From Vezdaea acicularis (lineage: Eukaryota): a stretch of DNA of 53,115 bases. Below are positions 37,288 to 50,520 of the stretch, piece after piece (position 1 is the stretch's first letter; every line of letters begins with the position of its first letter). The position numbers and the translations under genes are program-made. The notes under the pieces were generated by a model. That model was given only the letters and a program-made list of their open reading frames with translations. It did not search any database and was not told the DNA's origin. The stretch is from the NCBI GenBank assembly GCA_026025075.1, contig JAPEUI010000107.1:1-53115 (forward strand), read 5' to 3'.

Positions 37288-40200
37288 TCAGTCCAATAGT
37301 GAGGGCTTCGTGCTTGTCACATGCGTGGATTCACTCCCAGAGCCGCCATAGGAGCCTACAACATTTGTCATCATCTTGCCGAAATACTGCGCAATGAAGT
37401 TCTCCCTGCACGCTGTCAGCTTCGTGTAGCAACAAATCACTTTAAAGGGAGAGCCTTACGTGTAGTAGCTATGCTCGGCGCTATGAGCAGCCACAAGATT
37501 ATGGGCAAGCTCATGCGCAAGGACCACCCACCAGTATACCAAGGCGTCAACCCTGTTTTTGCTACGAAGGCTCGGCTTTTGGTCGAGTAGACTCCGCAAA
37601 TGTAGTTGCTCAAAGAAACGGAAATTGCAGAATAGGCTGCCTTGACGATTGAACGCAATCGTACTCCCAGTCTCATCATAAAAGATATGTATACTCTGTG
37701 GGTGAAGAGCGTATACACTGGCGCAGTCAAGGAGGATAGCCGAGAATTCGCCAAGACCAGCCCTATGTGCGATGAGGAATGCCGACCTGTCGGTCATATC
37801 CCTGGACAAGAAGATCTTGATGCCGTGTGGAGACTCGGCTGCAAATGTTATGTCGTGACCCGGGCGTTCGTCGCAATAACTAGATTGCTCCTTGATTTCT
37901 TGGGTTGCGGGGCGCGAGTAAACACTAGATTCGCCGTGAGTCCGAGCAGCTTTTATGCCAGAGAGAAGCGTTTGTTGAAGTTGGTGCGGAGCCGTGACCT
38001 CTTCTGGTCCGCGACTCGAATATTTTTCGGGGAGAGGAATTCCGCCGTTTGGTTGATTTTGTAATGGACCCTGCTCATTACCCGAAAGCTGAGGGGAGGG
38101 ATAATTACTGCTACCGAACATATCTTTAATCTGTTGAGCTGCTTGGTTTCCTTCATTTATCCCTAGCCTCTTAGAAAGTGTTGAAAACATAGACTTGGGT
38201 TTCCTTGCTTGTCCGCCTGATTGTGATTCATTGATGTGCGAGTTCTGCGAATCCGAGTCGTCACTCAACACGCCTTTGGATGACCTCACTGGTCTATCAG
38301 GGGAGTCTGACCCGAAAGCACCTGGCATTGATAAAGGCGTCGTAGGGCTTCGGTTAGCTTCTGCGCGCGCCACCTTCCATAACTTTGCTCTCTCCTCGAT
38401 CTGCTGCTTCTCCTCCTCAAGTTGCTGCTGACGTAGAGTTTCGGCGACGCGCGCCTCTTGTTGTTTCGCCTTGAGAATGCGATCAACATTGTAACCTTTC
38501 GTTTTAAGCCTCAACAGGTCCGTAGATAGGATCTGTTCAAATATCATTGTCGAGTGGGTTTTCGGCCGCAGCAATAATAAGTTCACCAGCGCTTGGCTAA
38601 CCTGAAACAAATCATAGCCATGCGCTGTCACCCAAAGTGTCCAGCCATGGGCTGCATCATGATTGACAACGGCAGTTCTTTTCTCTGTATGTGTCCATTT
38701 CTGGGCTTTCAAAGTTCGTCTAAGCGAAATGGAACGGACGGTCTGGACGCGGAGATTCTTCTCCAACCACTTCTCGTTATGTTTAATTTCAGCGTATGGA
38801 TATTCGTGGAGAAATAGTCTCGAGCGCTCGATGACGAGTTTCTGGAGCTTTTGGGAAGGCACTTGATCTGTCACGATTGTGCCTATCTTTGGCTCTTCTT
38901 CAACCATATCACTTAGCGAGCGAGAACCTAAGCTCTGATAAAACTGCTCAAGTTGTTCTTCTTGAGGTGCTGAAAGAAGCCTTTCCTTGAAAAGATTGTA
39001 GCTGAAAAAGTCGTCAACAATCACTATTTGATCTGCTCGAGCAAGCGACCACTCTTTAATCGTGTTATCTCGATCTTCTCCGAAGTCGTCCGAGTCGTGG
39101 TCAGCCGCGCTTGCTAGCTTCTCCGGCACATTCGGCCGTGAAGTTGCAGGAAGCTCTCTGCACGCCAGGAGGAATGGCGCTTGCTTTAGTTCTTTCCAGA
39201 AAAGTTTGTCTTTCTTTATCGTGGCGCTGATCCCAGCAATACCTCTCAGTAGCTCAAGATACTTTTCATTACTCTGGAAAACGCTTAAGACTCGAGCCGG
39301 CTCCTTTGCCGACAAGCGTGCGAGTTCCATCTTCGTTGGCTCTTGCTTGGATCCACATCTTTGCAAGAACGCATTCGCTTCCGGTCCGAAATCGACGAAG
39401 TCGAATACGGCGCTATACAAACTGTCATCACCGAGGAAGCAGGATGAGGGACTGATCATCCTAACGCCTGGACGCTTCTCTGAGGGGTAACCATTTGATT
39501 GTTGCGTGCTTACTTGAACTGGCACGATTCTCCCATTAGACAAACGATCTGCATGGCTTGAGTTGATCTCTCCGAGTCGACTACCAAAGTAGCCAAAAAC
39601 GTCTTGCGCTTCACGTCTAGTCTTTGGCGGTACCTCGAAAAGTCGATCTATACACACGGCTATTGGTGGATCTGATTTAACGCCTAGCATTGATGCATGA
39701 GGTTGAAGGTCTTTCCGTAGCACATGAAAGCCCAGAACTCCAGTACGGTCGTTCAAAAAACAATCCGTTGGCCTTGAGAGCTTCCTCTCTGTTTCGAGTG
39801 GTAGGAATGGTGTACCAGTAGCAACCATTTCTGCAGTAGTGTAACCATTGATATGATAGTTCGCAATACTATACGTGAAAATTTGGTTCCAAAGAGCTTG
39901 GTCCCCAGATCTAAAGGCGTTTGACATCATACTTATCAAAGTTTGTAACGTTGGATATGGCTGAAGCCCTATCAGTTGCAAAAACTTGCCCTCAGCGCTC
40001 CCGGAGCGGTAGACACCGGGCCAGCGTAGTATCGGGAGCCTCAGCGTTCTCAATGAGTCTTTCGGCTCATATAGCTCTGACGCTTTGAAAAGCTTGTCGC
40101 CGTCGCCATCAACAGGGCACAGAGGTGTTTCTCTTAAGCGCTTGATATCTTGGGCGGGGATATCATCGCGCACAGAACTCAAGTATTTGATAAGGTCCAC

Positions 40201-42780
40201 ATGACTCCATTGCCCATCTTTCTGACTTTGCGGTCCTTTCGAGGACATTCCTGGGACAGTCGACAAACGCTCGAACACGAGACCTAGTTCTACCGTTTTC
40301 CGCACACCAAGGGCTGCCAAGAGTTTCTCCTTCACTCCGTTAAGTACGACTAATGGGAGGTCTGGAAAGACTTTGACACTTGAAAAGTATGCCTCTTCAG
40401 GTCTTCTCATGCCAAGCTTAGTAGGTAGTACAGTATGAGATCGGAAGAGCTCAACTACACTTGCTTTGGATGATTGGCTAAGTGAATCCCATTGTTTGGA
40501 GACAATGGGTAATACTTTCCCCGCGAAAATTGCTGAGGAAGTAATGTCTTCATTTTCCTTTAAAATCGAGCGTGTAGAAGAGTTCTCTACTAGATATCTA
40601 AGCCACGGTACGATCTGAAGTTCTTTCCATCCGATTGCCTCCAGATCATTGTTCGGGATATTCTTGGTGTATTGGAACGGAATCGTATCAAAAGGCACCG
40701 GGAGCTCCACAGGTATGCGTGATGGATTCTGAAAGTTTTGTATTGTGCCAAGCATCAACAAGCCTGTGTCATTGCTGGGACCGACGGCAACTGAAAGTAG
40801 AAGTTTCACGGAGCTGGTGTCAAGTTCACTAGCGCGAGTCTTACGACCCATCCACTTCAAAAATTCCGTGACTTGCGTCTCGCTGAGAGCATGATCTTCG
40901 AGGCTTTTCTTGATATCACTTGTTGTTACGCCAGTGACAAGCCCATAACCGCGAATCTTTGTGACGAAGTCCTTGGCATCTTCAACCAACTCGTCTGGCA
41001 ACACAGGTACTCCTTCTACAAAGCTGAGATCTTCTGTAGCTACTCGGACTTCATGGCTTGGAAGAATCCCACGGTTCGAAAAGACTTCAATAGAAGCTTT
41101 ACGATTACAGGTCCAAAAAGCTTCCTCTATTATTTGGCCGATCTCAGACGATGGTGTAGACTCCTGAGATGTGAACTGTCGGAAGACATGGATTGCTGCA
41201 GGAAGGAGTGCTTTAATTTCAGCGTCTCCAATCTTGTCGCTTGTATTGGATCGCGCCAGTCTAGCAAGGCTCTCCTTGATATCGTTCATCTCACTCGACC
41301 AAGTAACTCTGCAAACAATACCAGCAACGCGCAGCAGCTCAACATTCCAGTTTCGGATGAAGCGTGCCTGGAGATCTATGGATTCCCGTTCTACGGTTGG
41401 GATGATAGATTGTGCAGAGATATGAGCCAAGATGCCAGTTGTTTGAGCAGTAGGAAATCCAATAAAGATCTTTCCCGATCTAGCGGGAAGTACAGATGCA
41501 AATACATCGGCCGAGATAGTATTCTTCTTGCTTGATTGCGAGTTTGAAACGGCACACGTCTCATCATAGGAAGAAGTCAAGATGGCGAGTTTAGTAGTCT
41601 TCGGTGGTGGTTTCTTCGTTGCGCGCTCCAGCTCTTTAGAGAACGAAGAAGTCACAGAAGACTTGACGTGGGCTGTACTAATATGTAAGAACACGGATAT
41701 AGTGCTGATCGCGTCCAGGTCCTCTGAAACTTGGGATGAGCTTTTCTCTTCTCGCCGGCGGTCCACTCGGCTAGCTCTTGAATCCGAAGGCCCTGCGGTA
41801 AGCCGCGAAAAGAAGTTTCTGATCGATGGGCCGGAAGAAGTCTTTTCAGCACTGCTAAAAGCAGACGTTACTGATGAGAAGACAGAGCCTACTGTTTGTT
41901 TCCATCCCACAATTGCCATATACCTTGCGTCCATATGCACACTTTGGCGTTCGACACTTGTAATACTGAAGATACCGTCTGCAGTTTTGGTCTCAATCTC
42001 CCGTGGTAACTTCAATGCAGTGCAAGGGGCAGCTTTTCTCGACAGAGTTAGGATGTTCCAGTCGTCGAGCCAGAGCTCAATTGTCTCGAGTCCAACAAAA
42101 GTGAGACTCGTAGCGAGAAACTGGGAGAGTGACAAAAGGTCGGGGACCGGCGTGCTTTTGCTTCTATAGTCTAGCACGAAGCTGGTATCCTTTCCTCCAT
42201 CACTCTCTGGTAATTGAAGCGTTCGTGTGAAGAGGGAGTTCCCCTTCCAATAGAATGCCATGGCCCCTCGTCCGGATTGTACGAAAGGCTCTTCCGTTTC
42301 CGCGAAGACGCTGTAGAAACCAACGCCAAATGCGCCAATCTTCGTCTCATCGGGGTTGCCTTCAGCAATACGCCTCAGTCGAGACCAGTCGGCCGCTGAA
42401 AAAGGCTGCCCATCATTTGTGACCACCATGCGCTGTAGAGTATGGTGTAGTACTGTGTGCTTCAAAAGAGAAGAGGCATCTGTCGCACTAGGAACAGGGA
42501 CCTTTGCGCTTGGAATGGTCTCGAATTTTATTTGAATCTTCTGCGCCGATGCGTCCGCGGCATTTTGAAGTAGTTCTCTGAGTACAGTCCTAAAAGGATT
42601 CGGGGTTAGCGTTGAGTATCTTTGACCGTATCGCGTTCCACACTCCACTTACCATTCTCCAGAGTATCTTGCAAGAACTTTATCAATGAGAGCCCTCGTG
42701 TTCACGGTGACCGCTTCCTCGTCAGCGCCAGAGCCAAGAGTCTGAGCTCGAAGCGCGCTGTAATCGACGCCTGGAGCCAT
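37288..42780 (-). CDS. Sacsin-like GHKL ATPase (HATPase_c plus DUF3684-type region) with C-terminal HExxH motif
   Basis: Exon 1 MAPGVDYSALRAQTLGSGADEEAVTVNTRALIDKVLARYSGEW; GHKL motifs RELLQNAADA, NDGQPF, IGAFGVGFYSVF; C-terminal WWVVLAHELAHN; short last exon ending PSLLD*. Confidence 0.88.
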
Positions 42781-43237
42781 CCTTTCCGTCAAGTGGCGGG
42801 ACAAGGCGTTCTTCTTGTACTGCGAAGGCTCAAGGAGACAATTTCTCGAGAATCATGGCGAAGATAACGAAAAGAGAGAAGTATTGCTGCAATATGGGTT
42901 GTACTAAAGCGTGTTTACAGCGCCCCCCAAGGTCTTGTCATACGTAACAAACGCTAACCTCAGTATATATGCAGAAAGCCCTAGACATTTGAAACACCCA
43001 CGTATGCAACAGATGCCTCGTGCATCTGCCTAACGAAGGCAGTAGAACATGAAAGAAATAGAACTCAGACCAGAACTCCGTCTCATGCTCGCCACATGAG
43101 TCGTCGTAGCCTCAATGGAACTTGCCGTCCGACTTTCTACGGGAGCCTGTACCGACCACTTGAGCAATTTATATGCTGAAAGAGAGCTAGCCAGCGAACC
43201 ACGTTGCTTCAACGCACCTTGGTACGTGGCCTGGAAA

Positions 43238-44178
43238 ATGCCAAAGCTCTGTTTACCACTGTCATGCGTTTCCTCCAGCCGGAGCTCCTGGAGCTTATAT
43301 GCGCACAGCCGGACTGGCGCATGCCGAATAGGCAAGCGGAGCTCGCGAGCCTTTACAACGCTACCATCCACAATTTCCCCTCCAAAAGGATGGACGCCCA
43401 CGCCCTACGTAACGGAGACTGTAGTGCGTATCTTTATCTATCATGTCTTGGTTTCGGAGCTGATAATCTAGGGGGGAGGGTGGCATACTTGTAAGACTAA
43501 TTGGCCGATCACTCATGACCGAAGCTTCTCTAACAACACGATCAAGACGATATATTTTCCAGGCTCCTTAAGGTGCTTAGCCTCCCATCATCGACGTCTC
43601 CACCACCCACTGAAGACTCGTTATAGGAACGTATAATCCTACTCTCTGGTGAAATCGACTCCCCCCTCTCTACCTCCATCACGGCCCAACTCCTCTTTCT
43701 AGAAGCCGACGCCCCCTCTAAGCCCATCAGCCTATACATCTCCTCCCCCGGTGGCTCCGTCACATCCGGCCTTGCCATCTACGATACCATGACGTATATC
43801 TCCTCGCCCATTCATACAATCTGCATTGGGCAAGCGGCTTCAATGGGCTCTCTGCTCCTAGCCGGCGGCTCCCCCGGTCAACGTTCCTGTCTACCAAACA
43901 GCTCCATCATGGTACATCAGCCGTCAGGCGGCTTCAGTGGGCAGGCAAGCGACATTGCGATCCATGCGAAGGAAATAATGCGGGTCAGGGGACGGCTAAA
44001 TGAGATTTACAGACGACACTTGGGCCAGGCGAGGGGGAAGGAAGTCGCGGTTGAAGAGATAGAGCGGATGATGGAGAGGGATTGTTTTCTGGATGCTGGA
44101 GAGGCGAAGGAGGTGGGCATAGTAGATAACATATACACGACACGGGAGGGGGGCAAGATGGGGGAGGGGGAGGGATAG
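43238..44178 (+). CDS. CLPP: Mitochondrial ATP-dependent Clp protease proteolytic subunit, multi-exon
   Basis: Spliced micro-exons [25 protein letters not shown]; catalytic AASMG, MVHQP and ERD; start ATG uncertain (43115 or 43238). Confidence 0.93.
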
Positions 44179-44414
44179 GCGAGATTGGGGGTTGGACTAG
44201 AGGTTGATGAGGGAAAGCGATCTAGTCGGGGAGATAGCGTATGATAATGTACGAGTACAACGATTATGCGCAGTCGCCAGAGCAGTAACATCGGTAGTTT
44301 AGGCCGAATCGTAGCTACCAACCTCAATAGCTCCAAGATCACCCCATTTCCCCATAGCCCAGCCAAGCCTAGCCAACGCCGTCCGACATGAGCCATCAGC
44401 CATCACCGCATGTA

Positions 44415-47135
44415 CTACCCCTGGTAGCAACCCGCCGCAAAGATCAGATTCTGTCTACTGACCCTCACCTTAAATACCGGCGTCTTCTTGGTCGGAAAGG
44501 CCGAGACCTGATCCGGCGTGACGACGACATCCTTCTTCCTCTTCTCAGGCTTCCCCTCTGCGCCGCGTTTCCCCCCTCCATCAATTGGCTGGCTGCCACT
44601 GCCCAACCCGAGCACGGTACCCTTCGCCCCATCCTCTTCCGCGGGTGGGTTGATGTCCCAGACGCGCACGGTACCGTCGGCTCCTCCAGATACGAGCAGC
44701 GTGCTCTCTGCAGACCAGGAGAGGGACCAAATGCCGCCCTGGCCGTGGCCGCGCATTTTCTTGATGAGGATGCCGGACTGTATGTCCCAGAGGAGGATGG
44801 TGCCAGACTGGTCGGCGGAAGCGATTTTCTTGCCATCCGGAGAGCATGCGAGCGAGGTGGGGCCGCCCTTGCCAGTGTGGCCGGTGAAGATGCGTACAAT
44901 CTGGCCAGAAGCGACGGACCACATGCGTACGGTAGCGTCTATGGAGTTAGTGAAAACGTAAGCAGAGTTCGGGTGGAAGGCGACGCAGTCAACGTCAGAT
45001 TCGTGACCTGCGAAAACGCGGACGGGCGAGATGGAGTCGGTGGTCCAGAGGAGGGCGGTTTTGTCGAGTGAGCATGATGCAAAGTAGTGTCCGAAAGGAC
45101 CCCATTGCACGTCCCACACGGGTTGGTCGTGCCCTTTGTAGATGACGAGGCAGTGCCAGGTCTCGAGCGACCAGAGGCGGATGGTCTTATCTTCGGAGCA
45201 GGAGAGGAGGTGTTTGGATTCTGTGGGAACGATGGTTTGGAGGTCAGCACCTTCGGGGGTTTTGGCACCTGGGGAGAAATGCACGCCGAAGACTCTTCCG
45301 GAGTGGCCAACCAAGCGACGAGATGATGAGGGTCTTTTGTTCAGAGGATCGCCCTTGACAGTGCTCGTGAGTGGGGTGCCTGCAAGACTCCAGACTCTGA
45401 TATAGGACTGTTCCATGCCAGCAGCAACTAACATCGTGTCTGGAGAGAAATCAATACAGTTTATACTAGAGATAAACCATTAGCAAGAAGACCTTCGGCT
45501 GACGAGGGCGATCGACTTACGAATCGTAGGTATTATGGAAGGTGTACATGATCGTACTGACTCCTGGTGCTACGCCCCCAGTGCGAGTGTCAAGACTGTA
45601 ACGGTCCCGATTTTCTTTGATCTTCTGAACTTCCAAGGCAACGTCCCGAGCGGTTGAGGGTGGCAGAGGCGCGTCTTTTGTCAGCGGCGACTCCATGCCT
45701 TCTTCGCGCTTGATAGACGCCTCGAAGACATCAACTAAAGAGCTCCTACCAGGGGCCGGAGGATTAGCTTGATCTTCCTCAGCAAGGTCGGCTCGAATAT
45801 CCATGACAGTATCGGGATCCTTCTGAAGAGGGCCAAGGAAAACCTTGGGTGGACCGCCTCCAAACAGACTCTTCTCTTGACCAGAGACAGGACCGCTATA
45901 GTGCCCGGGAATGCCGATTATCTCAGTCATCATGGTATCGTTTTGGCCAGCCTCGAGAAGTGCAAGCAGAGTATGTGTGTCCTCAGCTTCGCGCGGGTAC
46001 GTCTTGATCTCGATATTTGGCGCCAGATTCGAGAGGATTACAGAGCCACCTTCTCTCGACTTATCCTCCAGAAACAGGAGGAGCTGAAGGTAAGCGTTGT
46101 TGGACAGAGGGACCCGGTACCTGTTGGAAAGATAGATCTTGGCAGTCTCGTGAGTCTTTACGTGGTTGCCTGTTGTGATTGTGCTAAAGGCTGTCATGTC
46201 ATTCTCATGGTCGCTGAAGAAGAGGTTCTTGAAGCTGTCGAAGAATTTCTTGCCGTCTTCATTAGCCCCGTCAAGGAGGAGGTTGAAGAAGAAATGGACG
46301 TAGAGAGGCCAGAGTAGAAGCTTCAGTTCAGGCTGCAAGACATTTAGCAATCGCGTGATGACCAAGAGCCTAAGGTCAAACCTTGTAGATGTCCAGAAGA
46401 CTAGTTTCGATCCAAACACGAAGCAGGACTGTGTGTTTTATCTTGGGTTAGTAATGTGACTTGTTCAGCAGGAGTGTACAAAAAGTGTGAATTGCTGCAC
46501 ACTCTAGTTTGACCAAGAAGGCGGGTCTTAGCCTCAGAGGACTTGTTCTGTAGCTATGAAGCCACAACCTCCCTCGACGAAGGGACTTCTCGACATACCA
46601 AATGCCTTCAAGTACTTTTGTGCACCGGAATCTTCTATAGTCTTGATTAGAGGACGACCGTTTTCGTCGGTTTTCTCCGACTCCATTCGAAGCATCGCCT
46701 CGGTTCGAGAGAATCCCTTCTTGCTGAGGTACTCGATGACCTTTTTGACGGTACCTCGAGCGTCAGCATTATTATTCGCCGCCATCATGACGATGGTAAT
46801 TTGAATCAATCGATTGTGAGATTTCGTGTTGAAACCGTAGGCAAAATATGATGAATGCTCAGAGAAGAGAGAGAAAGAGAAAGCGAGATAAAGCGGGTCA
46901 CTTTACTTCTGGATCTATGCGCCGAGCACGCACGAACAATGAATAAAAATAAGAGTACTAAGCTCACTATACTGTTCAGGTTTTGATGCGACATCCCCCC
47001 CGGCGGGACCCCCCCCGTTGAGGCTCCAGTCGACGGACCTCCATTTGGTTGTTGCCCCATACTCCCCCCCGGAGGTCCATTGCCAGGCCCTCCTGGCCCT
47101 GCAGAGACAGCGCCCAGTGGAGGCTGCCCGGACAT
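44415..47135 (-). CDS. TAF5: TFIID/SAGA subunit 5 (LisH, NTD2, WD40), multi-exon
   Basis: VIEYLSKKGFSRTEAMLRME, micro-exon LLRVWIETSLLDIYK, PELKLLLWPLYVH, MYTFHNT, WD40 repeats, PTKKTPVFKV. Confidence 0.95.
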
Positions 47136-47681
47136 GTCGACGTATCAAGATTCCTCCTATCCTACACCCTACTACCGTCCTGACAAAGCCTGCGCATCAG
47201 AACAAGGGGAAGGGAGGTGGGAACACATGGCGAGTATCGATGCATTCAGTTCGCGAGAAGGGACGAGACAAAGAATTGGTGGATCGACTTTTGGCTTTCA
47301 AGCCGCAACGCGAACGGCATCTTCCGCCCACCGCCAATTCATTCTGCCCACGCGCGAACATCATAGGTGGGGGGGAGCAATCCTCGCGTTTACGCACACA
47401 ACGCAACAACAACGCTTCAGTAACTGGGACTTGCTTCGAACCTGCTATCCAATACGACACGGGTTATAGCGATCATGCATCCAACGATTTTCTCGATATA
47501 GCAATCATCCTCAACCTCTCGGATTCTGCTCCCATGCAAATAACGACGCTACAATCCAATTCTGTCCTGATGATGTTCAGGTCATAACGATACCGAATTA
47601 CGGCACTGAAAGCATCGCCAGAACCAGGATCGTATCGCACAGCATTGATAACGGGGTCTAGCTCCCCTCTCCCTGATCAGG

Positions 47682-48405
47682 ATGGCAGAAGCTGGGGAAG
47701 AGCAGAAAGGCCCGACCTTCACCAAATCCCACCGCATCCGACAACTCAACGAGATCGACCAGGTAAACTTCCCCCTCCCCTTCCGTCCCTAGCGGCGGTC
47801 CCTCCACAGCAGACTCAGTAACTCACAACCTCCTTCACATGCAGGACATCGCCAACCTCCTCCGCGCCGCCGGCACCGCCGTCAAAGCCCTAACCACCAT
47901 CTCCCCCTCCCCAGCCAGCCCCTCACCCACCACCCCACCTCCCCCTTCCTCAGCAGCAGCAACAGCACAACACTCCGCCGTCCTAACCCCCTCCCGCGAA
48001 TACCTCGCCCTCCTGGACTCCATCCGAACACGCATCCGGCGGCAGATCCTCGCCCTCGAAGAAGCAGGCATCCTCCACGCCGAGCCCGCCGACCGCAGCA
48101 ACGAATGGGTCACCGCCTCCACGACGAAATACCTCGCGGGCCAATCCGCCACGCAGGCCAATCGCGCCACGGCGGCGCAGACGACCGGGGGTGGCCTTGG
48201 GAGGTTGGATGTGGGATGGTTGAATGGAAGGAATGATCGTATGGAGAGGTTGAAGGAGGCGGAGGTGTGGGCGGCGGCGAGGGCGTTTTTGGAGAGGGAG
48301 GAGCTGAAGGCGGAGGGGAAGGCGGACATGGGGGGAGAGGTAGAGGTTAAGGCGGAAGAAAAGACTAAGGCCGAGTTGGGAGATACGCCGATGGAGCTCG
48401 GATAG
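47682..48405 (+). CDS. MED11: Mediator of RNA polymerase II transcription subunit 11
   Basis: Exon 1 47682-47762, intron 47763-47844, giving RIRQLNEIDQ-DIANLLRAAGTAVKALT; IRRQILALEEAGI; GGLGRLDVGWLNGR. Confidence 0.85.
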
Positions 48406-48775
48406 CCCAATTCATCCATATCCCACCCTTCTTCACACAAGCCTTCCGCTCAAGCATTGGGGAGCTACGCATTGCCCTTAACAACTCAACATCAGATGGG
48501 AAGCCGTGCCCCACCGTTCCCGCCATCAAACTCCCCGCATTTCATCACAGAACCAAAAATCGGGATTGTTTTCACATCCCACGAGGAAAGATTCCTCCAC
48601 CACCTGCTAACAAGAAGAAAAACGGGGGTGTAGCTTTCACCGAGGGGGTGATGATGCTTTATTGGATCGCTCTCTTTTGTTGTTGCTGGGGGTTGTGCTT
48701 ACGTACGCACTTCACGTGTCACTCACTCCACGCTTAATCGAACTCGCTGGCTGCGGAAGAGAAATGTGAGTGCTT

Positions 48776-49036
48776 TTACTGGAAGTCGAAACCTTTCGAA
48801 ATGTTGGATATTTTCATGATGAAGGGGTTCTTATGACAAGGATGGAAAGTCTTGATGGGGGTTCTACGAGGGGTTTTGGTTGGGGAGTGTGGTAAGGCTG
48901 ACTTCCAGTGGAGAGGGTTCGATGGGAAAGAGAAAAAGTCTCCGCCAAATAACTCAGGATGCGCAACCCCATTTCCCCTGGCGATCAGACAAAGCAAAGC
49001 TGAGAGAGCGAAAATTTTAGGAATTGGCAGAACCAT
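48776..49036 (-). CDS. Possible small secreted peptide (86 aa)
   Basis: ATG start with signal-like MVLPIPKIFALSALLCLIARG; lies directly downstream of the GCCAAG cluster; no recognisable family. Confidence 0.3.
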   Translation of the reverse strand: MVLPIPKIFALSALLCLIARGNGVAHPELFGGDFFSFPSNPLHWKSALPHSPTKTPRRTPIKTFHPCHKNPFIMKISNISKGFDFQ

Positions 49037-49074
49037 GGGAGTCCTTGAAGATCAAGGCGGGGTTGAGAAAGAGT

Positions 49075-49385
49075 CTTGGCTGAAGGCTTTGAGGGGTAGC
49101 GGTCAGAACGGGTTGTTCTCAGAATGGGCCCGGATGGAAGGGTAAAAGGGATATTGATTGTTCTCTACTGAGAGGCCTTGGCTTGCTTGGCCAAGTTGCT
49201 CCTTTCGCACGAGCATGACGGATGGAGGAGAAAAGGGCCAAGTGGAGGCTAATCAAGTAGCGGCCGCGTCGAGAAGACCAACGGATGCCAAGCCGCGATA
49301 GGGCCAAGTGAATAGTCGCCAAGTCCCCGATTTAGGATTCCCCAAATACCCCAAGTCCTGTCGACGCAACGGTCGAAGAGCCAAG
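49075..49385. promoter_or_regulatory. Cluster of nine GCCAAG (PacC/Rim101 consensus GCCARG) sites
   Basis: CTTGGC at 49075, 49177, 49186; GCCAAG at 49190, 49237, 49287, 49303, 49318, 49380. Confidence 0.65.
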
Positions 49386-50520
49386 TCGGGCGAAGAGGCA
49401 GGAGAAAGCATTCGCGGATCTTTCCAGGGCGGCGCGAAAAGGAGGCGCGATGGTAATCTCCACATTGCCAGCATCGGCCTTGAAGCGAAATGCGACGCCG
49501 CGCGCCGTGGCGTCCGAGTGGCCCCAACACCCCGGCGCACGCCCGCACAAAACGGTCCATTGCCCGAGCGGACGGCGGCAGGCGGGCTCCCCTCCTGACC
49601 CGCGCGGGGTCCGTGGTGAGCGAGAGTGTTTGAGGTCGGGATGGGCAGAGAGGAAAAGAAGAAGGACGTTGGGAAGGGGGTTCAGATGTCAGATTGTCAG
49701 ATGTGGGGCGAGATGGACGAGATGTGGTCGAGGCAAGGTTTGGGCCGATGGCCGAAGCGCGCGACATGGCGGCCATCGTTGCCGCAAGCAGCAGGCGAAA
49801 TCTGGCGGCTCGTGTGTCTCGTGCCGATCGCTGTGGCCGGCCAGCTCGCTTGGGCGACGGGGGGTGAGAGGGGGAGAGAGACTGTCTTGCCTGGCGCGCG
49901 TCCGATCGGCGGCATGATATCTCTTCCCACAAGGTGAGAAACGAGCCTTCACCGATAGCACGGATAGCACCGCAGACAAAAAGCATCGAGCCATCATCTC
50001 CTGTCGCTGTCATCCTCCTCAACGTGGGGCCTCATGCACGGCGCGACGTCTGCGTTCGGGGGATATGCTGGGAGCTGCTGGGGAGGCGCCGACCATCCGA
50101 CGCAGCGTAGGGCTTTTCCTGCAGCGAGCCCTCCGAGCGACGCGCTGCAGGTCAACGGCCAAGGAGCGCGACCCTGGCCGTGGGACCGTGAATACATCTG
50201 CACCTGGTGGAAGCCGCACTGTTCACGACGTTCCCTTTTCGACGACGCACAGTCTTCCTCTCGGCGTCGACGCGGCATCACCGTGCTCACGATCGGGGCG
50301 GGTGGCACTTGGGCGGAAGAAGCAGTTGAGCGGACTGTCGGCCGGCGAGAAGCCACGGCGTGCACGAGGCGTTTTGCTCGCGGCCGGGGATGGGGAAGAG
50401 TCGCGGGAGCAGCGCAGCGTTCGCGGTCATCGCTGCATCGAGGATGCGGGTGGAGCGTCGTGGGCTTGGTAAGGAGGACGCATCAGTCCCGAAGAAGAGA
50501 CAGGAAGGGGGGGAAGATGG

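Noticed and set aside
40873..42169. Long plus-strand ORFs (195-220 aa) inside the GHKL ATPase gene
   Set aside because: Antisense shadows of a real coding sequence with no independent motifs
47565..47683. Possible box C/D snoRNA (TGATGA ... CTGA with TCCTGA/TCAGGA ends) upstream of MED11
   Set aside because: C box lacks the leading purine, the terminal stem overlaps the box, no rRNA guide recognised, and it abuts the MED11 ATG
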